Origin: a virus
Lineage: Duplodnaviria > Caudoviricetes
DNA: 61,132 nucleotides
Strand: one strand, 5' to 3'
Virus record (IMG/VR): IMGVR_UViG_3300014157_000001
Coordinates: 1-61,132 of that record
Made by a program: the position numbers and the translations under genes. A model generated the notes under the pieces. The model saw only the letters and a list, made by a program, of their open reading frames with translations. It ran no database searches and was not told the DNA's origin. This document shows, in pieces, positions 38,101 through 46,823 of this stretch; the first letter of the stretch is position 1; every line of letters begins with the position of its first letter.

Positions 38101-39816
38101 CGCGGTTTCCTTCGAGGCCTGCTGGAGTTTCTTGTAGCGGGCGATCAGCCCGTCCATGTCACCGAATGTCGACTTCAACTCGCCGGTGAACTTTCCGGTT
38201 TCGCTGAGCTGTTTGAGGCTGGTGGTGAGCCGGTCGATGTCCGGGGGCACCCCGCGCGCCTTCTCCGCGAAATGATCCAAAGCCAGCGCGGCGATACCGA
38301 GGACGCCGAGCCCGGCACCGACCTTCGACATCCTGCTCATCGAGGTCGCCGTGGCCCGCATGTTCGTGGCGGCTGTGCCCAGCTTCCCCATGCCCTTGCT
38401 GGCCAGCGACACCAGCTTCAGCGCGGTGGCGAGGCCGATGATGGCCGTCAGGGCGCCCTGGGGGACGGCGTTGACGAGCTGCGCCAACCCGTTGACGATC
38501 TTCAGGATGGATACGCCCGCGTCCCCGGAGGCGGCGAGGATGTGGACGAGCGCGTCGACCAGGTTGTGGAGGGCTTCCGCGGCGAGCGGGCCGTTGGCCT
38601 TGGCGTAGGCCATGAAGTCCTGCAGTGCTCCGCCGCCGAAACTGCTGTCGGCGTTGGCCAACTTGACGATGTCGGTGACCAGCCGGTTCAGGGCGCCGGT
38701 GGAGGCGTTCGACAGCTTCTCCATGAGCCGGTCGAAGCCGGGTGTGGCGAAGGCGCCGGCGGCGACGGTGACGAGCCGGTCGAACGCGCCGGCCGCCCCC
38801 GTCACCATCGGCGTCAACGAGGGCAGCAGCGCGCGAGTGAGCTGCATGCCGTGGATGACCGGCTCCATCGTCGCCCCGGACAGGGAGTCCGACCAGCCGC
38901 GGTATTCGTCCTTCAGCGTGGAGAACTCGGCGGCCGCGCGCCGGGTCGCCGGCGGCAGCTTCTCGAGCGCCTTCTGGTAGGCGACCTGCGCCTGCGCGGC
39001 CTCCTCCGAGCCGACCCCGTGCTCGGCGACCGCGTCCTTGTAGGCGGTCTCGGCTTCGGTGGCCCTGGCCATGGCGGAGACCTGGCCGAGGACGGCGACA
39101 CCGAACGCGCCCGCTCCCGCGGCTCCGGCGGCGAATCCGGCGGTGACCTGTGCGGTGAGGCCGACGATCGGGCCGAGAGCCTGCGCCAACAACAGGAGGT
39201 CCTTCTTGTTGAAGGCGCTGCTGTCCGACGACGAACTCGAGGCCGGGGTGGGCGTAGGCGTCGGGGTCGGTGTGGGCGTGTTGTTGCGGGTGTCATTGTC
39301 GCCGGTGACCGGGATACGGATCCGCTGCCCCCGGGACGCGGCGCGCACCGCACGGTCGACGTCGCGGCGCAGCGAGCCGGGGTTTTGCAGGCCGATGGGG
39401 ATACGGATGCGTTGCCCTGCGGTCGCCGAGCGGATCGCGGCCCGCACCTCCGAGCGCAGCCGGGCCCGATCCACACGCAGCCGTACGTCGACGCCGCGGC
39501 CGCTGGCGCCGGTCAGCGCGCGGCGGACTTCGGAGCGCAGGCCGCGCGAGTTGACGTGCAGCGGCACCTCGATCCGATTCCCGGCCCCCGCCTCCCGGAC
39601 GGCGTCGCGGACCTGCCGGCGCAGGTGCTGCCCGTCGACGGTGACCTTGAGGCGGATGTCGCGGCGGGCCTCGTCACGCAGCTGACGGATGTCCCGATTC
39701 AGGGCGTTGACGTCGCGGGATGCGGCTCGGGCGTCGCGGGAGAGGTCCTTGAGGGTGCGGGACAGGCCGGAGCCCTGGCCGGTGAGCCGAACGGAAATGT
39801 TCCACTGCGCGGACAT
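35179..39816 (-). CDS. tape measure protein
   Basis: 1545-aa Ala-rich helical protein after the chaperones; AEPETGGEAYIPL repeated. Confidence 0.92.
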   Translation of the reverse strand: MSAQWNISVRLTGQGSGLSRTLKDLSRDARAASRDVNALNRDIRQLRDEARRDIRLKVTVDGQHLRRQVRDAVREAGAGNRIEVPLHVNSRGLRSEVRRALTGASGRGVDVRLRVDRARLRSEVRAAIRSATAGQRIRIPIGLQNPGSLRRDVDRAVRAASRGQRIRIPVTGDNDTRNNTPTPTPTPTPTPASSSSSDSSAFNKKDLLLLAQALGPIVGLTAQVTAGFAAGAAGAGAFGVAVLGQVSAMARATEAETAYKDAVAEHGVGSEEAAQAQVAYQKALEKLPPATRRAAAEFSTLKDEYRGWSDSLSGATMEPVIHGMQLTRALLPSLTPMVTGAAGAFDRLVTVAAGAFATPGFDRLMEKLSNASTGALNRLVTDIVKLANADSSFGGGALQDFMAYAKANGPLAAEALHNLVDALVHILAASGDAGVSILKIVNGLAQLVNAVPQGALTAIIGLATALKLVSLASKGMGKLGTAATNMRATATSMSRMSKVGAGLGVLGIAALALDHFAEKARGVPPDIDRLTTSLKQLSETGKFTGELKSTFGDMDGLIARYKKLQQASKETAKAQEGAFGFRIPGLDNIADWLAGDVEDIVKGKDSLKALRSEFDSVDKALAKMAASGNAKDAAAGFDLVKDALRKGGASPKEIAATFDDYKKAVADLKVEQEIAARGMGVFGQQAIDTSNKLAAQKASADGLRQSIQALNDAQRTGLGGMIGFEAAIDAASKAAKENAGALSMSHGELNLNSAKAQAAATALNDLAAKTDEAAASARQSGSSWETVNGIYERGRAQLVSSAQQMGLTAEQANVLADRILQIPDKKAFSLEMRTEDAISGLNSVIEQIKKTPDKKSVTVDALTGDAVSVIESLGYTVKELPDGRFQVTADTGTAKSNLGDLKMVRDGLKDKTLKLGANVNGAMDGLTSVQAKIRATPGAKSITVKTLNATAIAALNAVGVKTKQLPDGRTRVYTANGQALGAIASVRAALAALDGKTASTYTNHFIRTQYVNMGKKGPGPWAGGLGKADGGTVDYYANGGIQRGGVRRFAGGAENHVAQFAPAGTWRVWAEPETGGEAYIPLSPAKRRRSRKVAEEAVRRLGGKGIAWNADGSVLDQQPGVQSFASGGFTYKPSGQTLGGLGDAKERVDKLVSSLRDAWKQYDDAVKELGKAKSSKAKASARRKVAKEKADIAEINASLGQSKYAKAPAHFDLTNYMKQLRSSVAATQKWRSSLSKIASRGGQDVADLLESMGEDGYNLVNRLATASNAHFTEIVANLKKVAGVANATLKDYTTQLNAANKTDATFQKNLITLAGQGYGALASQLAGQNDAAAQQLAAEAVKSKSAASSANTAAATQAKTLSSDELADLVQIIAAIKTSQTGIHTVAASTGLGEDDIITIATKASSQIKSSLGDRSTQFLADLARANQHLSYANGGIRSGIYATKAGAVTFAEPSTGGEAYIPLGANKRGSATAVLGDVAGRFGLGLTDANSGRVVIIREQGPLVGNQTWHVTSGDNAAATARRIDADNAYQLRRLARGGVGARG

Positions 39817-39834
39817 ACGGCGGGCTCCTTCCTG

Positions 39835-40745
39835 TCAGCGGGTCGTGGTGGTGCGGGCGACGTTGAGGGCGGCGTGCACGGAGGTCGGCAGCAGGAGGAC
39901 CTTCACGCCGTGCCCCTCGTCGCCGTCCGGGACGCTCTTTTGCTTGTCGGCGAGGAGCTGGCAGCCGATACAGCGGTGCGTGATGGGCGTGTAGGCGTCC
40001 TCGGCGCCGCCCGCCTGTTCGTCCCACTCGTCGTGCCGGGTGCCGCAGCCGGGGCAGATCTGCTTGGCGTACGCGGCGTAGGCGAGGGCCTTGCGGCGGT
40101 CGAGGTCGTTCCAGGTGCCGTCGCCGTGCCCGCGGAACTGGCTGTGGGGGATGCCCCAGCGGTCGCAGAGTTCGAGCTCGGCGCGCAGCCTCTGGTCATC
40201 GATCAGCCTTTTCCCAGGTCGGTCCGCTGGGCGCGCTGCACGGAGACGGCCGCGTTGTACAGGTCGGTCGAATCGCCCAGCGACCAGGTGTCGAGGCAGT
40301 GGCGGGCGTACTCGAGCGGCATACCGTCCACCGAGGAGGCCGAGACGAGGGCGGGCGCGAAGCTGGACGCGTGCTCGGCGCCGTTGGCTTCCTCCTCCTC
40401 GGACGCCGGATGCTCCTTCTCCAGGTCGATGAGCTTCTGCCGCTCGAGGGCCTGGAAGGTGAGCGTGATGGCGGTCTTGTCGAAGGCCTTCTGCGCGGCG
40501 GTGAGTTCGCTCTTGGCGGCCTTCACGCGGGTCTCGGCGGCGGCCTTCTCGGCGTTCAGCGCCTCGAGATTGTCGCCCTCCGCGGGGTCGGCGAGGGAAG
40601 CCAGGTACTCCTCGGCGCCCTGCAGCTCGGCCTTGGCGACGTTGAGGCGCTGCCGGGCGTCGTCGTCGGGGCAGATGGTGAGGGTGGCCGTCGGCCGCTT
40701 CAGGCCGTCGAGGCGCGCCTGCAGCGCATCCCAGGTGGTGCTCAT
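39835..40745 (-). CDS. tail assembly chaperone, long form via -1 frameshift
   Basis: slippery GGGAAAA at 40209-40215 (CTG GGA AAA GGC TGA); -1 frame continues RLIDDQRLRAELELC... to 39835. Confidence 0.8.
40203..40745 (-). CDS. tail assembly chaperone, short form
   Basis: between major tail and TMP; GGAGAG RBS. Confidence 0.85.
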   Translation of the reverse strand: MSTTWDALQARLDGLKRPTATLTICPDDDARQRLNVAKAELQGAEEYLASLADPAEGDNLEALNAEKAAAETRVKAAKSELTAAQKAFDKTAITLTFQALERQKLIDLEKEHPASEEEEANGAEHASSFAPALVSASSVDGMPLEYARHCLDTWSLGDSTDLYNAAVSVQRAQRTDLGKG

Positions 40746-40839
40746 ATCGGGTCTCTCCTTGCGGGAAGGCCCGGCCGGGCGCTCGGCGCCCTTCCCGTGA
40801 CACACCGGGGCCCGGCCGGGGGCTCAAGGTGGGGAAGGG

Positions 40840-41310
40840 TCAGGTGGCGGCGGGAACAACCTGGTTGAACACCGGACGGTCCGTGATCACGAACTGGACC
40901 TGGATCTTCGCGGCCTCGTTGTCGGTGCTGTACGTCTTCGAGTTCGAGGCGACCTTCACGGGGAACACATCGAGGCCCTTCCCTGCGGGCACGTCGCCCT
41001 TGGAGAAGATGCACATGAAGCCGGTGGTGCCCTTGGCGAGGTCGGTCTCGATGTCGTCGAGGGTGTTGTCCTCGTAGAACGTCAGCGAGCTGTCTGCGGC
41101 CGAGTCGTCGCCGTCGATCTTCGAGACGAACGTGGACGCCATGTCTGGCGTCTCGATCGGCTGGTTTTCCAGGCTCCAACCGTCAATGGCGTTGATGCCC
41201 TCGGTCAGGTCATTGCCTGCGGTGATCTCGGTGCGCGTCGGAAGCAGATCCGTCGATGCGATCACCGGCAGAAACTTGATCTTCGTGATGCCCTTGCGGT
41301 TGAACCTCAT
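40840..41310 (-). CDS. major tail tube protein
   Basis: PTRTEITAGNDLT, ETPDMASTF, LDVFPVKV; position. Confidence 0.85.
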   Translation of the reverse strand: MRFNRKGITKIKFLPVIASTDLLPTRTEITAGNDLTEGINAIDGWSLENQPIETPDMASTFVSKIDGDDSAADSSLTFYEDNTLDDIETDLAKGTTGFMCIFSKGDVPAGKGLDVFPVKVASNSKTYSTDNEAAKIQVQFVITDRPVFNQVVPAAT

Positions 41311-41428
41311 GAAGTGGCCCCTTCGGACGGGGCCGGTTCAGTGGGCCCCTGCTACACGGGTGTGTGGCGGCCACCTGCCTGGTGGCGTCCGCGTGGGGTC
41401 CCGCCGCGGTGCGGTCGTACGTCGTGCC

Positions 41429-41899
41429 TCAGATGCTCGGCGTCTCCTCGAGGAAGAGCCGGTACCTGATCACACTGGTGATGATTGCATCGTTTGCCTC
41501 GGACGTTCCCCCCGCCTCCGTCGCCTCCCGCCTCCAGCAGTTGATGCCGGGCACGTTGAGGGCGTGTGCGTAGCCGGGACTGCCGTCGGCGGGCCGGGCG
41601 ATGACCCTGCGGCCCCGGTCGGCCATCCACTGCGCCTGCTCGTCGCCGCCACGGGAGTCGGGGTGGCCGGGCAGGGGGCCGGACACGAACGTCGCCTGGT
41701 ACTCGGACATGGCGGTCGTGTGCCGGTCGGCGAGGGTGGCGTCGTCGACGATGTGGTCGAGGGGGTAGAGCAGCGTGTACGGCGGCGCCACCTGCGCGCC
41801 CGTCGCATCGAGCGGGACGGTGCGCACGCCGACGGGACGCCCGGTCAGTTCGGCCAGCAGCGCCTTCAACCCGGCGGTCACCACACGACGTTCAATCAC
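41429..41899 (-). CDS. tail terminator-like protein
   Basis: PPYTLLYP; AGGAG RBS; position before major tail. Confidence 0.7.
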   Translation of the reverse strand: MIERRVVTAGLKALLAELTGRPVGVRTVPLDATGAQVAPPYTLLYPLDHIVDDATLADRHTTAMSEYQATFVSGPLPGHPDSRGGDEQAQWMADRGRRVIARPADGSPGYAHALNVPGINCWRREATEAGGTSEANDAIITSVIRYRLFLEETPSI

Positions 41900-41901
41900 G
41901 G

Positions 41902-42297
41902 TCAGCTCCTGAAGATCCTGGCGCAGGCATCCTTGAACGCGGACTCCATCTCGCCCGACAGCTCGTTCACCGACGGCCCGACGTGCGGCCGCGGCACCTG
42001 CCAGAAGTGACGGCCGATGGAGTCCGTCATGTCGAAGAATCCGAACTCCAGGCGCCTGCCCTGGGGGGCGTGGGTGCCGATGATGGCGCCTCCGCCGTCC
42101 GGCACCGGGAACGACTGGATCCGCCACGACGCCACATACTGGCCAGTGATGATGTTCGGGCCCGGCCGCCCGGACGCATGCTCCCGGATCAGCGCACGGG
42201 CAAGGCGGGCCTGCTGCTGCACCGTCCGATCGACCTCGTCGCCCACCCGGTCCGCCGCACTCTCCAGGCGGTCCGCGAGCCCCTCCAGGTCCGTCAC
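41902..42297 (-). CDS. HK97 gp10-like tail completion protein
   Basis: SGRPGPNIITGQY, GRRLEFG, PRPHVGPS. Confidence 0.8.
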   Translation of the reverse strand: MTDLEGLADRLESAADRVGDEVDRTVQQQARLARALIREHASGRPGPNIITGQYVASWRIQSFPVPDGGGAIIGTHAPQGRRLEFGFFDMTDSIGRHFWQVPRPHVGPSVNELSGEMESAFKDACARIFRS

Positions 42298-42731
42298 GCG
42301 ATCTCCCCGGCGATCTGGTCGAGCATCGTGATGCGGACGACGCCCAACGTGCCGCCGATCGACGGGTCCTGGACCCGCCACTTCCGGCCCAGCAGCGTCA
42401 CGTCACCGCCCGTATGAACCTGGACGACGGTGACGATGGTGTCCTTCTCCGCGACCGGCACAGCCAGCGGCGTGAACATCCGATACCGGCTCCGCGTCTC
42501 GGAGACCCACGGCAGGTTGCTGTTGGGGGTGGAGGCCGTCACGTCAGCGGTGTACGCGGACTGCACCGCGCCACGGCCCTCATAGACGATGTCGCCCCCG
42601 GGAACGGTGTACTCGCCGGTGGCCGGGTCGAAGACAGGCTCACCGCCCGCGGGCAGAGTGATCCGCACGACGTCCTGCAGCAGCAGGTCTTCGACGATCG
42701 GGACAAGCCCGGACAGGTCAAGGCCAGCCAT
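42294..42731 (-). CDS. head-closure/adaptor protein (DUF6093-like)
   Basis: FDPATGEY...VYEGRGAVQ...LLGRKWRV. Confidence 0.75.
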   Translation of the reverse strand: MAGLDLSGLVPIVEDLLLQDVVRITLPAGGEPVFDPATGEYTVPGGDIVYEGRGAVQSAYTADVTASTPNSNLPWVSETRSRYRMFTPLAVPVAEKDTIVTVVQVHTGGDVTLLGRKWRVQDPSIGGTLGVVRITMLDQIAGEIA

Positions 42732-43114
42732 CAGTTGCCGCCCTTCGCCCAGTCGGTGAGGGTGGCAAGCATGGCGCGCGCGGTCGCGGCCTCGCCGCCG
42801 CCGTAGTCGGCCCGGTTCAGCGCCTCCTGGTCGAGGAGCTTCGGGTCGACGGACGCGAGGAAGTCGGAGACGATCTGGGCGGGCGACCGGGAGACCCCGA
42901 CTGCGACGCGGGCGAGCCCGTCGAAGACCGTATTCTCGGGCTGCCGGGTATGCAGGACCAGGGTGGGTAGTGCGTCGGCCACGGAGTGCTCGAGGACGTA
43001 GCCCGTCACCGTGCCCGCCGGGAGCGGGGTGCCGTCGATGGCGATGACGGCGTGGCCGGGCTGCGCGTCGATGTGCACGCCGTGCGCCTGCGGCTCTGCG
43101 GGCTGCTCGCTCAC
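42731..43114 (-). CDS. hypothetical virion-region protein
   Basis: AGGAG RBS, coupled to next gene. Confidence 0.7.
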   Translation of the reverse strand: MSEQPAEPQAHGVHIDAQPGHAVIAIDGTPLPAGTVTGYVLEHSVADALPTLVLHTRQPENTVFDGLARVAVGVSRSPAQIVSDFLASVDPKLLDQEALNRADYGGGEAATARAMLATLTDWAKGGN

Positions 43115-43121
43115 TGGTCTC

Positions 43122-43385
43122 CTACCGCTTCTTCCGGCTGCCGCCGGTCTTCTTCAGGCTCGGGTACTTGGCCACCACTGCACGCCTTACGGCCTTCTTC
43201 TGTGCTGGCGATCCGTGTTGTGCGACTCGTGCGAGTGCATTGCGGGCGTGAGCAAGATCATCCACGCGATACTTCTTGGCCTTGGGCAAGGCGAACTGCT
43301 TGCTGCTCATCTTCTTGCGGCCGCCCTTGGTGTTGCGGCGGGCGTTGGTCTTCTTGGACAGGCTGGACTTCCGGCTCTTGGCCAT
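43122..43385 (-). CDS. very basic small protein (DUF6582-like)
   Basis: FALPKAKKYRVDDLAHARNALARVAQ; Lys/Arg-rich; GAAGGA RBS. Confidence 0.75.
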   Translation of the reverse strand: MAKSRKSSLSKKTNARRNTKGGRKKMSSKQFALPKAKKYRVDDLAHARNALARVAQHGSPAQKKAVRRAVVAKYPSLKKTGGSRKKR

Positions 43386-43722
43386 GAGCTGTTCCTTCAT
43401 CGCCGGGGGCAGGGGGCGGGAAGGGGACTTGGAGTGGCACGGTGCGCTCGAACGTGACGGGCTTGCGTGAGATGAAGTGAAGTTCCTTCTTCCCGTCGGG
43501 ACCTACGAAGTACTGGCGGAAGACGATGACGTGGATCTGCCATGGCTGCTTGCCGGGGGCTGCCACAGCGCACGGCATGGGGAGAATGGTGATCGTGGAA
43601 TCCGAGCAGACGTGAGCTGGGTCGATGCCGTTCGCGCGGAGCCAGTCAGCTACGAGCTCGCGCTGCCAGGGTCGGGTGCTGGAGTCGCCTGCATGAACGA
43701 GTCGGGGGATGCGGTTATTCAT
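43258..43722 (-). CDS. hypothetical protein (3' end overlaps the next gene by 128 nt)
   Basis: ATGA coupling to minor capsid gene; WLRANGIDP motif. Confidence 0.65.
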   Translation of the reverse strand: MNNRIPRLVHAGDSSTRPWQRELVADWLRANGIDPAHVCSDSTITILPMPCAVAAPGKQPWQIHVIVFRQYFVGPDGKKELHFISRKPVTFERTVPLQVPFPPPAPGDEGTAHGQEPEVQPVQEDQRPPQHQGRPQEDEQQAVRLAQGQEVSRG

Positions 43723-44549
43723 AGGGCGGTTCCGGAGATGATGTTGTCGCGGCCGATGAGGTCCATGCGAGGCAGCAGCTCGCGTACACAGTTGGGATGG
43801 GCCGAGGGGTGCGCGAGAGCGTCCTGCACAGTGCGCAGCGTCCGGTTGGCTTTGTCCGGGTCGGAGTGCTCGGTCCATCCGCAGTCGGCACCGTCGCGGA
43901 CCTCGAGGTAGTTCACGCCGAGGTCGTCCAGCGAGGTACGGGCGGCGGCCGTGTTGGCGGTGGTGACGGTCTGCCAGGTGATCGCGGCGGTCGCCCATGA
44001 GGCGACCGGGTGCCGGGAGTTGTTGGCGTAGATGACGGTGTCGAGGGGATGGTCGCGGCGCAGCGCGGCAAGGTCGATCCGGCCGGTGGTGACGGCGTCC
44101 TGGGCGGCACGCAGGAACGTACGCGCGCGGCGGATGGCCTCGGTGATGCGGCCGGTGAAGTCGGCGTAGAACTGCGCGGACAGGCTGGTGATCTGGGCGC
44201 GGTGCCGGTCCGTCCATTCGAAGACGTTGAGGGGGCGGTCGGCGTTGTCGAGGAGCGTGTGGGCGCCCTCGCGGTAGATGAGCGGCAGGTCGCTGGATGC
44301 CCATCGTTCGGCGAACGCCATGGCGGCCCGATTGAACGCGGCCAGCGAGGTGTTGAACGCGGCGATGGCTGTACGCAGTGAGCGGCTGATGCCCTGCCGG
44401 GACGGCGGCACCGTCGCCAACGCGTTCAGCAGCCTGTTCTGGGCGTTGGTGAGGAGCAGCCACGCCTGCCGCAGCCGGTCCACTCCCCCGGTGATGAACG
44501 CAAGCAGTCTCGAGCGGAGGGTGCGGCCGCGGCGTACGGGGGTGCTCAT
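43719..44549 (-). CDS. minor capsid / MuF-like head morphogenesis protein
   Basis: VRDGADCGW...AHPNCVRELLP. Confidence 0.8.
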   Translation of the reverse strand: MSTPVRRGRTLRSRLLAFITGGVDRLRQAWLLLTNAQNRLLNALATVPPSRQGISRSLRTAIAAFNTSLAAFNRAAMAFAERWASSDLPLIYREGAHTLLDNADRPLNVFEWTDRHRAQITSLSAQFYADFTGRITEAIRRARTFLRAAQDAVTTGRIDLAALRRDHPLDTVIYANNSRHPVASWATAAITWQTVTTANTAAARTSLDDLGVNYLEVRDGADCGWTEHSDPDKANRTLRTVQDALAHPSAHPNCVRELLPRMDLIGRDNIISGTAL

Positions 44550-44878
44550 CGGCGGGGCCTCGCGACGAGTTGGATGATGCCGAGCGCGTCGGTGCCGGTG
44601 GCCTCGTCGGCGGGGTCGTCGGGTGCGGGCGGGTCTCCGGCCTCCAGGCTCGCGATCTGGCGTTCGTAGGACTTGATGTTCTCGGTGAAGGCGACGGACA
44701 CCACGGAGGACACGTTGACGGTGGCGGGCTGCGAGCGCAGTGCGGCGAGGCGCTCCCGCAGGATTTCGAGGGCGACGGCGCGGGCGGTGCCGAGGCGGGT
44801 GTAGCGGGTCTCGAGGTCGGCCTGGTCAGTGGTGGTGCCGAGTTGGGCGAGGAGCCAGGCGCGTACAGCGGTGTCCAC
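44546..44878 (-). CDS. head-tail connector-like protein
   Basis: GGAGG RBS, small helical protein after capsid genes. Confidence 0.65.
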   Translation of the reverse strand: MDTAVRAWLLAQLGTTTDQADLETRYTRLGTARAVALEILRERLAALRSQPATVNVSSVVSVAFTENIKSYERQIASLEAGDPPAPDDPADEATGTDALGIIQLVARPRR

Positions 44879-44967
44879 GGCTGTCCTCCTTGGGGGTCTG
44901 AGAGGGGAAGGGGTGCGGGTGCGGGCCCGCCGGGTGGCGCCCCACCACGGGGCGGGCCCGCACGCCG

Positions 44968-45219
44968 CTATTCGTCGCCGCTGCTGTCGCCCTCGTCAGC
45001 GGCGTCCCGGCCCCGGGCCGGCTTCTTGGCCGCGGGCTTGCGCGCGGCCGGCTTGTCGGACTCGGCCGCATCGGTGGACGGCAGCTTGCCGCCCTCCCAG
45101 GCGTCCGGGTTCTTCACGAGCGCCGCGTACTGTGCGGACGGCTCTTCTCCGGCCCGCAGGTGCACCATCAGGCGCGTCTGCGGGTCCTTCACGTGGACGT
45201 CCGATACCAGGCGAGCCAT
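44968..45219 (-). CDS. small protein downstream of major capsid
   Basis: LVKNPDAWEGG plus Lys/Ala-rich tail. Confidence 0.7.
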   Translation of the reverse strand: MARLVSDVHVKDPQTRLMVHLRAGEEPSAQYAALVKNPDAWEGGKLPSTDAAESDKPAARKPAAKKPARGRDAADEGDSSGDE

Positions 45220-45225
45220 AGCCGA

Positions 45226-46284
45226 TCAGCTCGCCGGGAAGACGGTCGCGGAGATGTGGATGTCCGGCACGTACAGGACCGGCATCGCGACGGCGGCGCC
45301 CTTCGTCCACACCTGGACCGGGTCGTCCTGGAAGCCGTGCGTGACGATGATGCCGGGCGCCTCTTCCAGCTCGATGGCCGGGTTGTCGCCGGTCGTCAGG
45401 GCGATGGATTCGGCGGTGATGCCGTACTGGGTCTCCGCCCACGTGGTGCGGTTCGGGGGAACCATCACCCACTTGTTCTCCGGGAGGGGGCGGGCCATCG
45501 TGCCGTCGTCCTTGGGGATCTGCACGTCGTAGATCTCGATCGGCGGCAGGTTGTAGCGGGCGCGCACGGTGTCGACCTCGTTGGGTGCCAGCGTCGCGGT
45601 CGGCGTGTTCGACGGGTTCACCGACCCGTAGTAGGCCGACCGGTAGGCGTCGTTCCCGGCGAGCAGGGCGCGCGCCTTGTAGGAGGTGACGACCTTCTCC
45701 GGCATCGGAGCGCCGGACGCGCGCAGGACCTCGAGCCACGCCATCTCATCCGAGATCGGGTCGGAGGTCGGGTCGGTCCACGGGGTGCCCGCGGTCGGCA
45801 TGTTCGCCGTCGGGACCTGCGCGTCGTACTCGATGGTCAGCCCGTTCTCGCCGGCGAGGGTGAACTTGCCGTCGGTGACGAGGTCGCCGACCGCGAGTTC
45901 GAGGCGGGAGCGGATGGACAGGGTGTGGGCGGCGGTGTCGTCGTAGAGCATCTCCACGAGCTCGGAGGCGTCCGCGCCGCGCCGGGCGGCGAGGAGGATC
46001 GTCTCGAGTTCGGCGACGAGGAACTTCTGGCCGAGCGGGGGCAGCATGCCCTCGGTCTCGATCCGCTTGACCTCGCGGGAGGCGATCGGGGTCTGCGCGT
46101 CGTAGGCGCGGTACTTCGCCGCGTTGACCCGTCGGCTCGTGCGGCGGGTCTTGAACTTGACGCCGTTGATCTGGCGTTCCGGCATGACGTTCGCGGTCAG
46201 CGCGTAGTCGGCAGGGGTCTGCACGGCGCGCGCGAACGCGATGATGTCGGTGGGGGTGATGTCCCTGAGCAGGGCCTCAAGCAT
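45226..46284 (-). CDS. major capsid protein (lambda gpE-like)
   Basis: AKYRAYDAQTPI, LPPLGQKFLVAE, SDPISDEMAW, AVAMPVL; position. Confidence 0.9.
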   Translation of the reverse strand: MLEALLRDITPTDIIAFARAVQTPADYALTANVMPERQINGVKFKTRRTSRRVNAAKYRAYDAQTPIASREVKRIETEGMLPPLGQKFLVAELETILLAARRGADASELVEMLYDDTAAHTLSIRSRLELAVGDLVTDGKFTLAGENGLTIEYDAQVPTANMPTAGTPWTDPTSDPISDEMAWLEVLRASGAPMPEKVVTSYKARALLAGNDAYRSAYYGSVNPSNTPTATLAPNEVDTVRARYNLPPIEIYDVQIPKDDGTMARPLPENKWVMVPPNRTTWAETQYGITAESIALTTGDNPAIELEEAPGIIVTHGFQDDPVQVWTKGAAVAMPVLYVPDIHISATVFPAS

Positions 46285-46302
46285 CAGAATTCACAGCCCT
46301 TC

Positions 46303-46710
46303 TCAGTTGAAGCGGATGTTGTCGGTGCGGTTCGCGGCCGCCGGGACGGTGAGCGCGACGGGCAGCTTCGCGGTCTCCACGTCGCCGTGGACGCGCAGGG
46401 CGGCGCCGGCCTTGGTGGAGCCGGTGTTGAACGCGGTCTCCGTGTCGAGCAGGCCCGCGAGGGTCTGAGTGCCGTCGGAGGCGCCGGACGCGTACGGCGC
46501 GTACAGCCCCGATGCGGTGATCTTCGCGAGGGGGAGGCCGGACTTGAGCCGGTTCGGCAGTCCGTTCGCGGCGGCGGTGTAGTGGGTGTTGGCCGTGAAC
46601 TTGGACAGGTCCAGGGTCACGGTCTTGTTCATGTCGGAGCCGTGCAGGGACAGCAGCCAGCGGCGGTCTGCGGTCAGGGTCTCCGTGGTGGTGATCGGCT
46701 GGATGTCCAC
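46303..46710 (-). CDS. head decoration protein
   Basis: LKSGLPLAKITASGLYAPY...DGTQTLAGLL...HGDV...KLP. Confidence 0.85.
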   Translation of the reverse strand: MDIQPITTTETLTADRRWLLSLHGSDMNKTVTLDLSKFTANTHYTAAANGLPNRLKSGLPLAKITASGLYAPYASGASDGTQTLAGLLDTETAFNTGSTKAGAALRVHGDVETAKLPVALTVPAAANRTDNIRFN

Positions 46711-46823
46711 GCCGACTCTCCTCCCGTGGCGGGTGAGCACTCTTAGGGGTGCGGACACCTGCGGTGTCGTCCACGGGGGTGGTGCGAGAGGGCGTGGTCC
46801 CTCAGTCTGCGGGCGCTGCCTGG

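Noticed and set aside
36187-40800. Very long plus-strand ORFs (also 47417-51304, 53324-56290, 32257-34326)
   Set aside because: Antisense shadows of real minus-strand genes, expected in high-GC DNA; no motifs
44914-44965. Hairpin as third copy of the ACG-bulge motif
   Set aside because: Stem order differs (GGUGG before CCACC) and no ACG bulge; likely an ordinary terminator or stabiliser
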